A DNA stretch of 64,000 nucleotides from Yuukianura sp. NJ FZ-2021. Its lineage: Eukaryota. Below are positions 19,700 to 33,600 of the stretch, piece after piece (positions within the stretch are counted from its first letter, which is position 1; the number at the start of each line of letters is the position of its first letter). The notes under the pieces were generated by a model. It was given only the letters and a program-made list of their open reading frames with translations. It ran no database searches and was not told the origin of the DNA. The stretch lies in the NCBI GenBank assembly GCA_046563655.1, contig CM102289.1:7254001-7318000 (forward strand). The letters are read 5' to 3'. The position numbers and the translations under genes were made by a program.

Positions 19700-21310
19700 G
19701 AAGGTCAAACGTTGGGATGAAATTTCTCCTTGTTCCGACAAAAATATACCCTGGTTACGAGTAGTGGTATGCTTGTATGGTAATCGCACTAATTAAGCTG
19801 GCCTTAATCCATATCCGAAATCTTTAAACGCTCCTCCGACTCGCATAAACTTTGAATTATGATGTTGAACATATATTTCTTGAGCTGAATTTAATTTGGG
19901 CTGTTTTCGAGAGTTATTCTAACGGGGCCGCGGATGCCCGGATGCGGTTACAAGTCTTGAGCGAAGATATGACATTGTCGTCGGATCTGAATGAATAATC
20001 TAAGGTTATCAAGTGTAACTGTACGAGCGCGTATTATGGCCGGGAACTGTGTGTCCTGCATGTTCTTGTTCCAGAAGCCAGAAGATTGTCGACTTGTCGC
20101 AAACGGGAGAAGTCAAGTTACGTGCCTGTCCCAGTCCCCTAGGTAATAATCGTAACCGTTTTAGTGTACTGAATCCTAAATGGATCTTCCGGTGTTTGCT
20201 CTCTTTAGAATGCGGGTAGTTTCCTGGATGTTTCGGAGGTTCCTTGTTCCACTTTGTTCCTTCGTTACAAAAGTCAAGGGCAATTGCCATCAATATTTAT
20301 ATGAACACAAAACCCATTGAGAAGATATGCTTCCAAATCGTTATAAGCTGGTACCATGGAGTACTTCCCGGTATTACTTTACGTTCTTCAAATTAAATCT
20401 ACTTACTTTCAAACACTCCCGCCTCCCGCTGTCTCCAGAAAGTTTAAAGCGTTTTAGGCATGGGCGGGAAGGCCAATTTCAGAAAAGCTTGGGTTTTGTG
20501 CCAGGTTCATGAGGATTACTACAAATAATCGGATTCCCGTCAGCAGCATTTGGGACTTATGGGAGTTCATGGATTTGAATTTGGCGGGACTTTGGTTTTA
20601 CCATATTCAAAATGGGTTCCAAATCTTTTCAAGTTGAAAAGCCATTTTTTTTGTTCTTGGGGAGCCTAACTATTCAAGTTCTGGAAATGAAACGCTACTG
20701 TAACCGCGTTTCAACAGTCTGAACAGAAAAGCGTGCTTTGATTTCCATAATACAATTGGATCTGCATCTATAATTCCATATTGGATTTATTTCACTAAAC
20801 AAAAACAAAATCAGGTAAACATCTACGCTAGATTTAAAAAAAAACCTTTGTAACTTGAGTTTTCACGTTTCGGAACATATTTCGAATAAATTTTGATAGT
20901 TTGATTATGTTCAGCCCGAAAGGAGAATTACAACTTAGAAGATTTTGAATTTGGCCGGGGAAAAAATTCATGAAATTTAATCTACAAAAGTTGACCAATT
21001 TGAAGCATATTCGTTGTTTGCTTGTGATACTACAAGACTATTGAAGGCTGGCGGTAAATTTTTGAATTGTCCAAATTTTGAATAAGCGCGCTTCCATGAA
21101 ACCATTTTTTCAAGTACTTGGTGCAATTCGCCCAGTTTGGTGTTGATAAAATCTTTGAACACTAATGAATTTTTTGTTTATTAAATTTTTAGTAACTTTG
21201 GTATAAGAATTCTGCAAGATCCAAAAACTCTTGACTTTTAGTTAACAAAATATCGCACTGTGTAGAGTAATTTCTCTAGTAGGAAGATGGAATTTTGCAT
21301 TAGAAGATGA
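19700..21310 (-). pseudogene. Possible decayed glycosyltransferase-like (GT92-like) gene
   Basis: Coding-like composition but many stops. Two same-frame fragments, 'WQLPL' (from 20289) and 'NGYDYYLGDWD' (from 20160), loosely resemble GT92 W-x-LP and DxD motifs. Weak support. Confidence 0.25.
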
Positions 21311-21614
21311 CTTGACATTGATGATTGATACACGCATTTTGTTAAGGCACTTTTTCAAACTAAACGCACATCAACAGAAAAGAGGAATCCATTAAGTCAT
21401 CCATCTTGTGTGTCATCTTCGTTTTTTAGCAATACAAACATTTTTTCTTCTTTGAAAATATTTTTTCAAAATTCGATATTCGATAACAGCCGTACCAACT
21501 GCCATGTTTTTCTACGTAGTATTTCCAAAAAATTGAATTCCTTTTTCTCCCACGCTTGTTTGCATTAGTAAAAGTAACATTTGCTCATATTTTTTGTCGT
21601 TGTTGGTCCATCAT

Positions 21615-24600
21615 TTATTTGGTTGAAGTTGAAGTGTTACTTGAATGAGGATTTTCCGAAGCTGAAGCGGAACAGTTTGACAGATTTTCATCAGCCGATG
21701 ATTCTTGTAAATTTTGAAAATGTTCTTGCTCAACTGTCGAAATGGCATTTTCACAAGCATATGAAGCCAGGAATAATCCTACAAAATCAATACAGAAAAG
21801 TTGTCACCAGAAAATGAAAGTTGTCCAAAAAGTGGTAAATTTTGACCTAAATTTAATTTACACCCAAATCGACATACCAGAAGTTGTGCAGAAAAACGCA
21901 TTTGTATTTGTCGCAATTGAATTTTGCAAGTTGACCCTTGACCTTGCATTTTTTTAAATCTATTTTATTTTTTGAAAATATGATGTGATGTGGAAAAACA
22001 TTTAGCTAATGCAAGGCACGGAATTTACGTAGCTCATCCTTTGATGAATAATTCTACTTCAGATTTATAATGAAAGTGAGTCTCCAATTACTTTCATACT
22101 GGAAAGGTTTCGCGGGAAGTTTAAATTTCTGCGCCGCCAAACTAACAACCTATACTTAAGTTTCCAAACTTGTCTAAAACTTTAAGGTTTTCCATTTGGT
22201 CTAAAATTTTGATTAGTCTAATGGATTTCTTACGGTTGCCTACCTCTTTCAGTTAGGACTGGCGGCATTTGAAGGGCATTCATCACAGGCTGAACTTTGG
22301 GGTAGACCGACTGAACTTGTTGCCAACTCATAAATTCAGTTACCTGTTTGGCCAATTGCCAAAACTTGGGGAAATTGATCTGTCCATTGGGCAATCTAGA
22401 AGGAAAAGGAATTAATAAGTTAGTCTTCTAAGTTGAGACTTAGGGAGCCGACTTAAGTCGTTCCTTTGTGAATGTGGAGGAGTCCCATTAGTCTCTGTGA
22501 CCCCTTGACAAGAAGGTGGAGGGAGTAACTAATATGAGCTAGTTGCCCGGGGAGACATGGACTTACTTAGCTCCACATTCCTGCGAGAGAAAGCATACGT
22601 CTTTGACGAAGAGGGACATGAAAGGAACGAGGATCCTTTGTCTCTCTTCAGCATTAGCCTCCGGAACACTCCCGCCAACGCCCGTTTGAACAGTCGACTC
22701 CAGCAGTAGACTCCGCTGCAACGAAAGATTATGACAAGGAACCTGAATTATGAGATTGTCTTTTCACAAATTCTAAGAAAACTACAACTAACTCCCAGTC
22801 CCATTCCTACCCTCCTACCAACCAAACAAGAGCCCATTATGTAAAATTGGAAGTTGGGAACAATGGGAAACTTCCGCAGCTTCACCAGTTCACCAGGGTT
22901 AGCCGCCTTCCAGAAAGTCCTCTTTCGGTACTTCTTGTGTACTTCCGTACTTTACGCATCTCGAGTTTGGCCTCAACTGGAATTGAGGACTTTGATCCAG
23001 GACTTAGGAAGAGGATTCTGGAATGCAGTTTGTAGATAATTGTAGGGAGTAACTTTTTTTTAAGGAAGAGGACTTGGTATTGAGGATATCCTCAAATGAC
23101 ATTTGCTAACCCTACCAAACCTACTTTTGACAAAACAAAAATAAATGGAAGTCAGCTTTCTCTTTTGTAAGTTTCTTCTTGAGACATGGAGCTCTTCTGG
23201 AGTATAACTTCCGAGAACCAGGGAACCACTTACAGCAAAACAGGGTTATTATTCTAGCTTTCACTCGAGTATCTTCATCATTGAAACTTCATTCTCCGTG
23301 GATTAATTACCAAGTCATTCCAGTTCATCCTAAGCCCCAAAGCCCAACATAATAAATCTACACTATACAAAACTATAACTTTTCAACTAAGTTATGTTTT
23401 ACTCCTAACCTAATTTTATAAACGATAGCCTTGGGAAGGCTTTTTAAATGCATAACTGCACCTAAAAATAAGTTTACTAGAGCGTAAATTTTGTTTAAAC
23501 AATGCTTGCCTGAAGGATGAATCTGTAATTGGCATAGTTGTTGGCCGGATTCATCTGTTGGTGCAGAAAATAAAGCTGCGTTTTGTCCACTTTCTCCCAC
23601 TGAAACAAAGTTAGAAAAAAATTCAAGTTTTTTCTTGGTCTAATTTTCACTTAAGAAATAATAACCTTAAAATAAATGAGTTTTAGTTTTGGTTTTATGG
23701 CTTAACTGCTTTGTTAAAATTGTTTTTGAAAAGTTACAACTTTTACAACCTAAAGACTTTTTGAGACTAGTAGAAAACATAATTTTGGCTTTAAGTTTAG
23801 TAAAGTGGACGTAAGACCAAAATCCTTCCAGGAGAAAGTGGATTAATTTCAAAGAAAGCTGAAGGTTTTCAGCCAGCGGAAGGATTAAGTTGAACAGGTT
23901 TGCGCTTCACTGATTTATTCACTACAACTAACTTTCACTTCCCCCTAAAATCAAACTTTTGCTAAAAACCGCAACACTTTCCCAAAAAAAGTGTAATTTC
24001 ATCAAAAAATAATGATCCGTTTACCTTAACAAATGCTGAATCAATATAAAACTATGTCTTAAGCGCCTTATGAAGTCATTAGCTCCTGGAATAGGGAGAG
24101 TCTCGGGGAAAGTGAAAGTGATTTGGACGGAAAAGGTTCAAAGTAAAAAGCTTAAAGGAATTAGTGAGTGCCAAGTAAGGCAAAAGTGTCTTAATGGATC
24201 AAATTGCCACTTACGAAGAAAACTTACAGTAATACAAAAAAGAAACCTGACCGCATAACCCAAAATGTAAACCTAAGATAAAAATAACTTTTTTGATTGC
24301 GTGTACTACTTGATAATACAAAATAAGTTTGGACACTACTCAACTGTTTTCTGGAGTCGTTCCACTGGAGCCATGTTGAAACTCATGATGATGGCCATTA
24401 GGGAATTGAAATTGCCAATATTAAAACACTCTCGGGCCGTTTCAATCCAATAGTCGATGAGAGCCGCTCGAACTTTCATTGTGGGCATCTGGACAAAGTG
24501 ACGAAGAAACATTAAAGAAAAAGCAGGGTTTCGAGATTTCCTGAAAACAGAATGCCCAAGTCTAAATGGTAGTGCTATTACAGCAAATCTGTTCCACTAG

Positions 24601-27600
24601 TGTGTCTCTGCCCATAATTGTAACGATACCTCAAGGATTGAGTAGTAAGTTGTGCCCTTTGCCCTCTGAGTAATTGATTTGAGTCATAAAGTGGAGAAAC
24701 TCCTATGGAGAAAGTTAGGTTAGGATGAAAGGAGAGAATGGGGTTTTGGGCCTCATAAAAATGTAACTTGGAAGATACGACCTCCATTGTATCAATGTGT
24801 CCGCTTTTTTGAATTGTCGTAACGTTTCCTGCGCTTCCGCCTTTTCCTTCCATTTGAACAAAACCCGGTTAGTACTTAAGTTGACCTGACATGAAAAACT
24901 AGTCTTCCGTTTGACCCGTGTCCCCATTTTTCACTTTTCCAATTCTAAAAAAGTTCAAGGTTTTGAAATTTTGAGCTCAATTCCCCAGTTGCAAATTTTG
25001 GAGCTCCAGGAGGTGGAGACTTTGAAACTGAGCTCAACCACAGCGAGAGTGAAAGTCCTCTTGAGATTTACGCCTGATTGCTTGAAATTTTTGGAATATC
25101 CAAAAAGTTTTTAGATTTTGAGGCAATTCCAATAAGTCTTTTCTCTTGTTTCCAAAGTTTTTGGAACAACATTTTCCAAGTTAAGCAAAGAGTTTGAAGC
25201 CTAAAAATTTAATTTTCCTAAGAGAAAATTACTTTTTGGGGGACAAATTCACAAGTGAAGTGAAAGTTGGTGAAATTCAGGTTAAAAAGCCAATATTTTT
25301 GAGAATATCGCATTTCGAAAATTTAAATTTTGTACTTGAGAGTCCGCACTTGAGCAGTTCTCGTGCTCTCAAAAATGCACTTGGCAAGGCGCTCTTTTGA
25401 ATAGGAAATAAGAACTCTGATTTGATTGCTCAGCATTTGGGACCTGTCTCAGGCTAAACCCATAAATCAGCGCCTTCTTTACGTAACGTTTACTCGGTAA
25501 AAAGGCGCTAAAGTTTTTAGCAGCTTTAAATCTCTAAATTTTTTTTTCAAAAACTTCTAAAATTCATTTAAAAAAAATTTTTTTTAAATACGTTCATTGT
25601 GTTTTTAAACTTACGCGGCATATTTCTGTTGCGACGTAGTAGCGTAGTCTGGTGTGCCAGTAGAGATAGGAGAGGAGGTTCCGTGTCTTCTTGGGTCCGA
25701 TGATCATTGAATCTCTGGAGGCTTTTGGATTGGAATTATTGGGTGGCTCCATTTGAAATGTGGCTTCGTGGGGCAATGTGGTGGCGGGGGTGGTGGTGCT
25801 TTCTTTTAGAAAGTCCTGTCAAGCGTAAAACAATAAATTGAATCTCCCTCCCTCATTCCCTTCATTTCCTCAAGCCTTCTTCCTGTTTTAGGGAAATAAA
25901 TCCTTGTGATATGGGACAAGAGGACGATTTGGCTCTGTGTCATAAATAACGAGGGCATCTCCCGACTCTTCCTGCTGTTGACGGCTACCAGGCGAAAAAA
26001 GCCCGGGCTTTGCGCTAATACTCGTCAACTCAAGAAGTCCAAATCCACAACTCCTTTTTAAAGAACAAAATTCTGCCAACATTTCAATAACAAATAGCTC
26101 AATTCCGTTTTCTTGAAGTTCAGCTACGCATTTGTGTCAATTTTTTTTCAAAAAGCTTCTGTGAACTCTCAATTCTTTTATAAAAAAAAAGAAATAGGGA
26201 CTCAACGAATTTTTTTCATAAATAAAACGTTGGAAAAGCTCAACTTCTTGAAATATTTGTGGCGTTAAAAATTCAAGAAGCCTTTGAAAGCAACAAATCT
26301 TTGTTGTTCGCCTGCACTTGACTTGTGTCACCAAAAAGTCAAAGTAAGCATTTATTTTTAAAACAAATTGTACGCAGCGTTTGCAACTTTAAAATCCTTT
26401 TTGAAATTTCCTGTTCCAAATTTCCAAAAGCGGAAAAACGTTAAGCGTTTTTCAAATTTAGCATGAAAATTTTAAGTTTTGACATCAAATTGCGATTGTG
26501 ACTAACATGTAAAAATTTTACTTCGAGATGAACTTCTTTGACAGATTTTTTTTTTGTTGGAAAAGTTGAAAAATGCATTATGAAAACTTTTTCAAACAAA
26601 ACTTACTTGGACAAATTCTTGTGGTCCAACGAAGGCGAGTCGGCCTAACTCGAGATGCGTCAACTGCTGAGCGAGAATGGCCGGGTTGGGACAAATTGTC
26701 AAAATGGACGGCTAGTATCATAAATTAGATCAAAGTTAGGAAAACTTTTCAAAAACTTTGTTTTGTTCCAAAAACTTGAAAATTGTCTCTCAGCAACCCT
26801 TTATGTTCTCTAAATGATACTCTTCATTAATCTCATTGTCAGTCTCCTCCGCTTAAGGCAGAAAAGTACAAAAAGTTAGGCTGTCTTAACCTACCCCAAC
26901 TTTTTAGTTTCCCCATCATAGAGCAGAAAGGGGAAGTGAAGGAAGTAGAAAGTAATGAAATAACAGTGAAAGCAACTTTCTCTTTTACAAAACTAACTGG
27001 AGGCTAATGGACGGGATAAGCAAGGATAATAGGTCCTTCCCTTTGTGTTAACCTAAACCTAACCTAATTTAACCTAAAAATGGGGGCGCGGTGCTTTCTC
27101 CATCTACTTTCACCGTCATTAGACACCAGGGGAAAGTTCTGAGGCTCGGCAAAATTTAAATAAATGTTTCTCGAAGCCAAAATCTTCTCACTCGTACCAA
27201 CCCCTTAGCAAAAAAAGTTAAACCTGCTCATCGCTTTTGCCTAATCTCAAATTCCGTATCTGCTGAAACGAGCATTAATTCACTCCCGTTTTGCTATTCT
27301 TTTCCTCATGCTCCACTGAACCAAAGCTATAAACTTTTCCTGTTCTCACTTTCACTTTTTGCTGAAATACACTGCAGTCTCTAGTACTATTACGATGAAA
27401 GCTGGAGCGTAGGCAGCGAACCAAACTTCCTTGCGTGGGAATTTTCCAAAACCAAAATTCTGAAAAAATTGATGTTCCAGTTCAGAAATTTATGTGACTT
27501 ATTAAATAGTTGTCACTTTCCAATTTTCTTCAGCATTCGTCCTCAAAACATCATTATTCATTTTTTTCTCTCCCAGCTTTGACATCTCTTTTAGACATGT

Positions 27601-30600
27601 CACGGATCACAAAATTAATGATTTTGGCGTCAAATGATGAACTTTTTCTGCGAAGAAAAGAAATATTTTTTTCAACTTTATGACACACACATCCAAGCTT
27701 TGCAGAGACACTTCCGCTTGTGAAATTTTCAGTATGAGTGCAAAGTAAAAAAAGCAACATATTTAATTCTTTTGTCGACTAGCCAAGTAAAAACAAGTAT
27801 AAAATAATTTGACTCAAGTTTCCAAATGACAAAATTTAAGGAAAATGTTTAGGAAAAAATTATTTTACTCGTTTTAGCTTTTTGCTTTCATGCGAAGAAT
27901 GCAACAAATAAGTATAGTCGATTTCTATTTGTATTTTAACATGTTGTTCATATGTAGCTTCTTTCACTTTTGTCTTGCTTACACTGCTAAGGGCTTTCTC
28001 AAATTTCACTTTTTGAAATTTTTGCAAAATAAAACTTTGAAAGCCTATAGAGTTTCAAATTCAAAATAAGTGTATACACTGTACCTTGGAGCATGTACAA
28101 GCTGAATTTTTCAAATTTCACTTTTTTTCACATTTTACTCAATTTCAATATTTATAACAATTTAATAAAATTCGACATCAAAAAATAGGAAAGCCGTTTG
28201 CTCAGTGCCTTTCTTTTCTTCTTTGTATCTCGGGGAATTCAATTTTCTAAGTTTCCAAATAAAATATAGAAGAAAAAATAAGTTTTTTTTGTCTCGTAAA
28301 AACCGTGGGTTGCTTTTAAGTCAAAATGTCTTTCTGATCAATCAATCAAAACAAAACACAAGAGTTAGAATTTTGTGAAAGCTAAAAAAAGAGAAGTTTT
28401 TGGATTGATTTTTGTCTGGGAAATAAATTGCGTTTGATTTCTACTTTTAGAAAGTGGAAAAGCGTTCAAGGTTGAAGATGAATCTGTACTGTCTCGAAGC
28501 AGGATGAGCGTAAAACCCGTGATCATTAGAGTGGAAAGCCGGATTGAACAAATGAACCCAATAGAAAGGAGCGGGAATTTTTGAAATTAGAAAAAAGAGA
28601 AAGAAAGGTGGCGAAAGTGGAAGCGAAAGGATTTGAACGTTTGAGTGAAAGTTTAAGTGAAACCAGGACAACCGAAAGAAAATCTTAAAAAAGCGGGAGA
28701 TTTTGAACTTACAGGAGTAAGTGGCGAGGCCAAGGCGTTTTCCGTTGTAAGTCGATGAATCAAGTACTCATGTCTTTCCAAACCAGTCAATCGAGCCAAA
28801 AGCGTTGTCAACAGATGCGACACTTCTTCTCGAATCTAAAAATTCCACACAGAAACAAACATTACAAACAAAGTTTGGCTATCTAGTTTCCTGCAATACG
28901 TCTTCCTCGAAATTTTTTTTAGCTTTTCAACAAGATGTGTCACAGAGGTCAAAGGCTTATCCCAATATGAAAGTCTTCGGAGAACATAGTCGTCCCACTC
29001 TAGTTATTTCAATAGGATTTCCCTGGGCTTGGTCACCAAAAGGAAAAATTAATTGCTTTTTTAACTTGTCTCCTGTAAAAGCCCTCGACAACTTTTCGAA
29101 AACAAAAAAAAATCTTTTCGCGGGAATACTACACACATTTTTTGAGAGTGGTTCTTGACCTGGGCTTTTGAAAAAATTGCAAGTTTCAAACTACGCATGT
29201 TTCTGTTTTTAACAAGAAATTTTTTTACAATTTGTTTTCAAAAAAAGTCGGCACAGTAAACAACTTTCACTGTTCTACTAAGTCTTCCTTTTGGTAAATG
29301 CGCGAATTCTAAAGACTGTCATCAGGTTCAACTTAATTAAATAAAAATTTGATACAAGCCGAAAACAAAACTTGCAATAGCTACAATATTGCTTTGCTTT
29401 TCAAAAAAAAAATATTTCCCGTTTCAAAAAAAAAAGTTAACGAAGTATAGGTATCGGTGAAAGTGAAGATGGAAGGTACTACATCAGGAATCAGGAAGGA
29501 ATCAGTACTACTATGGTTTCACATCTGATTCCAATTCGAAACACATCATACTCTTTTTTCTTTTGGATTAGAAGTGCGGGGTCAAAGGTCAAAAGACAAA
29601 AGTCAAGCCGAGTCAGATCAAATTATTTAGAAATGAAAGGTAACTTCGTAACTTGTTTTGACTTTTTCTGGGTTTCTCCCATGAGAAAGAGTATGATTTT
29701 CATCACTCATCTCCATCTTCATCTCTGGAGTGTCGTCAAGGAGATGATGTGACAGATGAACCCACACTTTTCATCATCCATTCATCTCTTTCATCCAAGC
29801 ACTTTCTCTTATGCCAGAAAAAAATTCAAAAAAGAACAAAAATGCTATACTTTTTCTTGCAGTTTTTCACATTCCTACTAAAGTTAGAAAGTCAAGCCAC
29901 GTAGGAAATAAGAGGAAAATAAATGAGAAGGAGAGAAAACTTTACATGGAAAATAAAAAGTAAAAGTTTGCTTTCTCTTTTATTTTATTCGTCTTCTCCC
30001 GCTGTCTATCTCCGTTTCTCCACTTTTTTTCTCCAAAAGTCATCTTTTTAATCTCAAACTTCTGAGGGAAGATAGAGTCGAAAAAAGTGGAAGTTTGCAT
30101 CTTCCCACTAAAGAGAAAAAAAAGTTGTGTAATCAACAGCCACCTCCTACGAACTTTATGGGTGTTTCCTTTCATCCTTTTAATTCAAATCTAATGAAAT
30201 TTCTACCCAAAATTAATTCGAAAACTGTTCTCATTTTTTTGTTAAGTAAACATGTTGTACTTAAACGCTTGTCACATTTTAATTTTTTTTTTTAAATTTA
30301 AAAAATCCGCCTATTCTTCCGCGCCTTTTCCCCCAAAATAATAACCTTACATACCCCTAATTAATAATTTGTATCGTTTAATAAGGCGAGCATTACAGCA
30401 TTAGCTGCTTCATAATTTTGAAACTTTGTAAAAATTTCGGTCTAGAAGCAACGCGGAACTTTTTTCAAACTTATCGTTAGGAGAAAGGATATTAGAGCAA
30501 GTGTAAATTTATTGCTGGTAATTAACCCTAGAAAGGAAGATAAAACTGTTCCCAAGCTCCTATTTTAACTTATTTTTTGTTTTTAGAATGGTCCGTTTGT

Positions 30601-33600
30601 TCTAAAAAGTACTTACGGGTTCAGAATCCATTTGAACACTTTTTTCAGTAATGGCTCGAACATGGGCCATCATCCGTTCGTCTCGGAAGTCATAGGGAAA
30701 CAGTTCCGTCCACTCTCCCAAGAGATGAATCACGTTTGCCATTGTATGGAAATCAAGCGCCGTCGCAGCACCAGTCGATGGACTCTCCAGCAGCAGTGTG
30801 TCCTAAGAAGTTTTTAAAACCGTTAGTGCTAACGCCACTGCTGTTACAAAGTTAAAGCAAACGCCGTGGCGGCATTTCTTTCTAATTTTCAAATAATGGG
30901 CCTCACGGTGACTCCTTTGGGTCGACCTAAGTGCCTTATAATTAAAGAGAAAGTGAGTGACTTCATCTGTGTCGGTTCACGCCAAACACCGTCGTGTTAC
31001 ACTAATGCAAGGTTTCTTGACAACGAAAAGTTAATTTCTTAGCAGGTTGGGTACTACCTCGCTTGTTGACAAAAAAAAATTAGTACCGATTTAGTACCAA
31101 TCCAAAAAATTGGTACTAATTCGTATGCGAAATTGAAAAAAATTAGCTATATTATTGCTATCACTACGATGCTCCGAACTTTTTTTTTTGCACAATCAAA
31201 AAAAACATGAGGTATTACTTAACCTGTTAAAGGAAATAAAAGTCAACAAACTTTGCGCTGATGCTACAAGGATTTGGCAACACTGTTGTAGATGTTGCCA
31301 AAAGTAAAAAGTGGCAACACTGTTTCCAACCAGAATACCATTTGAAACCAACCGTGTGCTGGGCGTGTAGTGGTGAAAGTTGAAAAAGAACAAAAGGCGA
31401 AAAGTCACTTTCCAAATTACAGAGAAAAGTAAATGAAACGTGTTGAAAATGAAGAGAGAAAAAACAGGATTCACGGGACGCCTTTTAACTAAAGTAATTT
31501 AGAACTCTAAAGACTTCCTGGAACCAGCTAGTTCTTTTTTTCTTGTTCTAAATAGTTGCTCAAGTACTTTTCACTTTCACTTTTTGGAATAAAAGGTTTT
31601 CAAATTAAAAAAAACGAGAAGGGTAAAGAGAGTTAAATCACTTTTCAACTTTTCTTTCAAACTTTTCAAAAAAGTTGGATGTAATTTGTAGTTCCTAAAT
31701 TTTTACTTCTAAACCGTTTCTTATTACAGGAAAAAACTTGTGTTCAGCCTCAATTAGATCAAAGGCTTCTCTTTTGAAAAAGAATTTCCGTCCTTTCAGC
31801 TCATCTGACGACATCAAAAGTCATGACCTGTTACACACTTTTTTGTGCAAAATCAGATAAAGTTTTTTTCCTTTTGAAGTCCGTAGGATTTGAACGCTTG
31901 TGAAGTTAACAAGACATGAACGACATGATGAAATGAAGATCAAGATTCCTAAGTGACACTTGACCTTGTCTTTGCTTGTTATTTTCAAAGCCAAGCCTTA
32001 AACGAGCCATACTGACTAGCATCGTATTTCTTCTTTCTTCTTCGGGAAGGAAGACATTGAACCCAAAACTCGAATAAAAAGAAGAATTTCCAAAGAAACT
32101 TTTACTTTCGTTTACGGATTTAGATGTATTAGGAACAACTCGATCTTCTGCTCCAAAGAATCAATAATTCCTTTTCCGTTGTGCTCACTTCCAAGAGAAA
32201 CAAAAATAAAACTAAAGCTTTCACCGCACTTATCCTTCCATCCCGCCAGAATAACAAAGATCTAGTCAAAATTAATTAAACTTGTAACTTAGACTGGTTT
32301 TGGATTATAGGCTAACATTCAAGTGTTTTCTCTTTTCTGGAATTCTCCGGATGAAACTAAATAACGGTAGTAAATATCAGGTTTCAAATTGTTTAATTAA
32401 AACCTAAGGCTTTCTAGTAGCAGCAAAGAATCATTTTCAAAGGTGAGGAACATTTTCAAATGGTTCAGCGCGTGGCTGTAAATTAAGATCGGCTGGTGTC
32501 TATACGTTGTCTGTTTTGTGGAAGAAAACTGTCAGAGTATTCGCTTTTGGAAAAAAAATGTAAGTGCAATTATGTGTTTGCGTGTTCTGAGGTTGGTGAG
32601 ATGACCAAAGGAAACGGGGCCAAATGGAGTCGGAATGATGTAGCTAAATGTGTCTTTCCAATTAGAAAACAGTGCTGGTTGGAAGACGTGACTTGGATGG
32701 AGCATTAGAGTGTTTCGGTGTTAAGAGAAAAAAAAGAAAAAGAGCGAGAGAAAGTGCGGTATGTTTCGAATTTTTTTTCTTTTTTCAATGTTTTTTCTTC
32801 GGTTTCTTGAGAATTTGGAACATAAAACTTACGTAGGGTAGGCGGTGGAGGTCGGCAGATGAATTGGAACGACCTGGAGAGAAAGCAAGTGAAAGTACTC
32901 TGCCAAGCACTTCTTGCGGTGGAACGTGTAGGCGGGAAGCGAGTAGGAAGGCAAAAGTGAAAGCTCTGTCCGGGTAGTGTGTCTCCGTTGGAACTAAATG
33001 ACGAATTAGAGTATCCAGTGACCCTGTCCGCAACCCTGCCCCTGGTCCCCCCTCCATGTCAAGTTCACTTTCTTCCTGGACAGGGATTTAGAAACAAACA
33101 CAACAAGGCAATTAGAACTGATGAACCTCCACTTCCCAAAACGATTAATCAAAAGTCGTGTGGTGAAAATCGGAGTTCTCCGAATGTTGAAATTTCCGCC
33201 AAGGTTTCACTGACCTAACAGAGGCTAAAAGCCTATCCAATGTCAATGATTAATCGAAACTGAAATGGATTGGTAAATAAAGTGGAGAGTGGAGCAGTGA
33301 CGCCCAAGTTCTCTGGCAGATCAAACAATTAAAATTCTTGTAAGAAAAAAAATCAACTAAATCTCGACGTTTGCTAAACAATAAGAAAATTTCAAAATAT
33401 TTTAACTTCCGGGAAAGCAAGGTCAATTTAAAGCATCAACAAATTTTGAAGTTTTGGAAAAATTTAAACTTTAGAAAGAAAAATTAACGTTATGACTTTT
33501 GCAAAATTTGGCTGGATTTCGAGCATGAGCAACACTGAAGAATGGTTCGTAGACGAATATTTTGGCAAAAGTACAACCGCTTCGGGAGTTTTGTGGTTTG

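Noticed and set aside
21250..21300. Minus-strand 'MQNSI' start resembling the bioA N-terminus
   Set aside because: Similarity is limited to five codons in AT-rich DNA and is likely chance.
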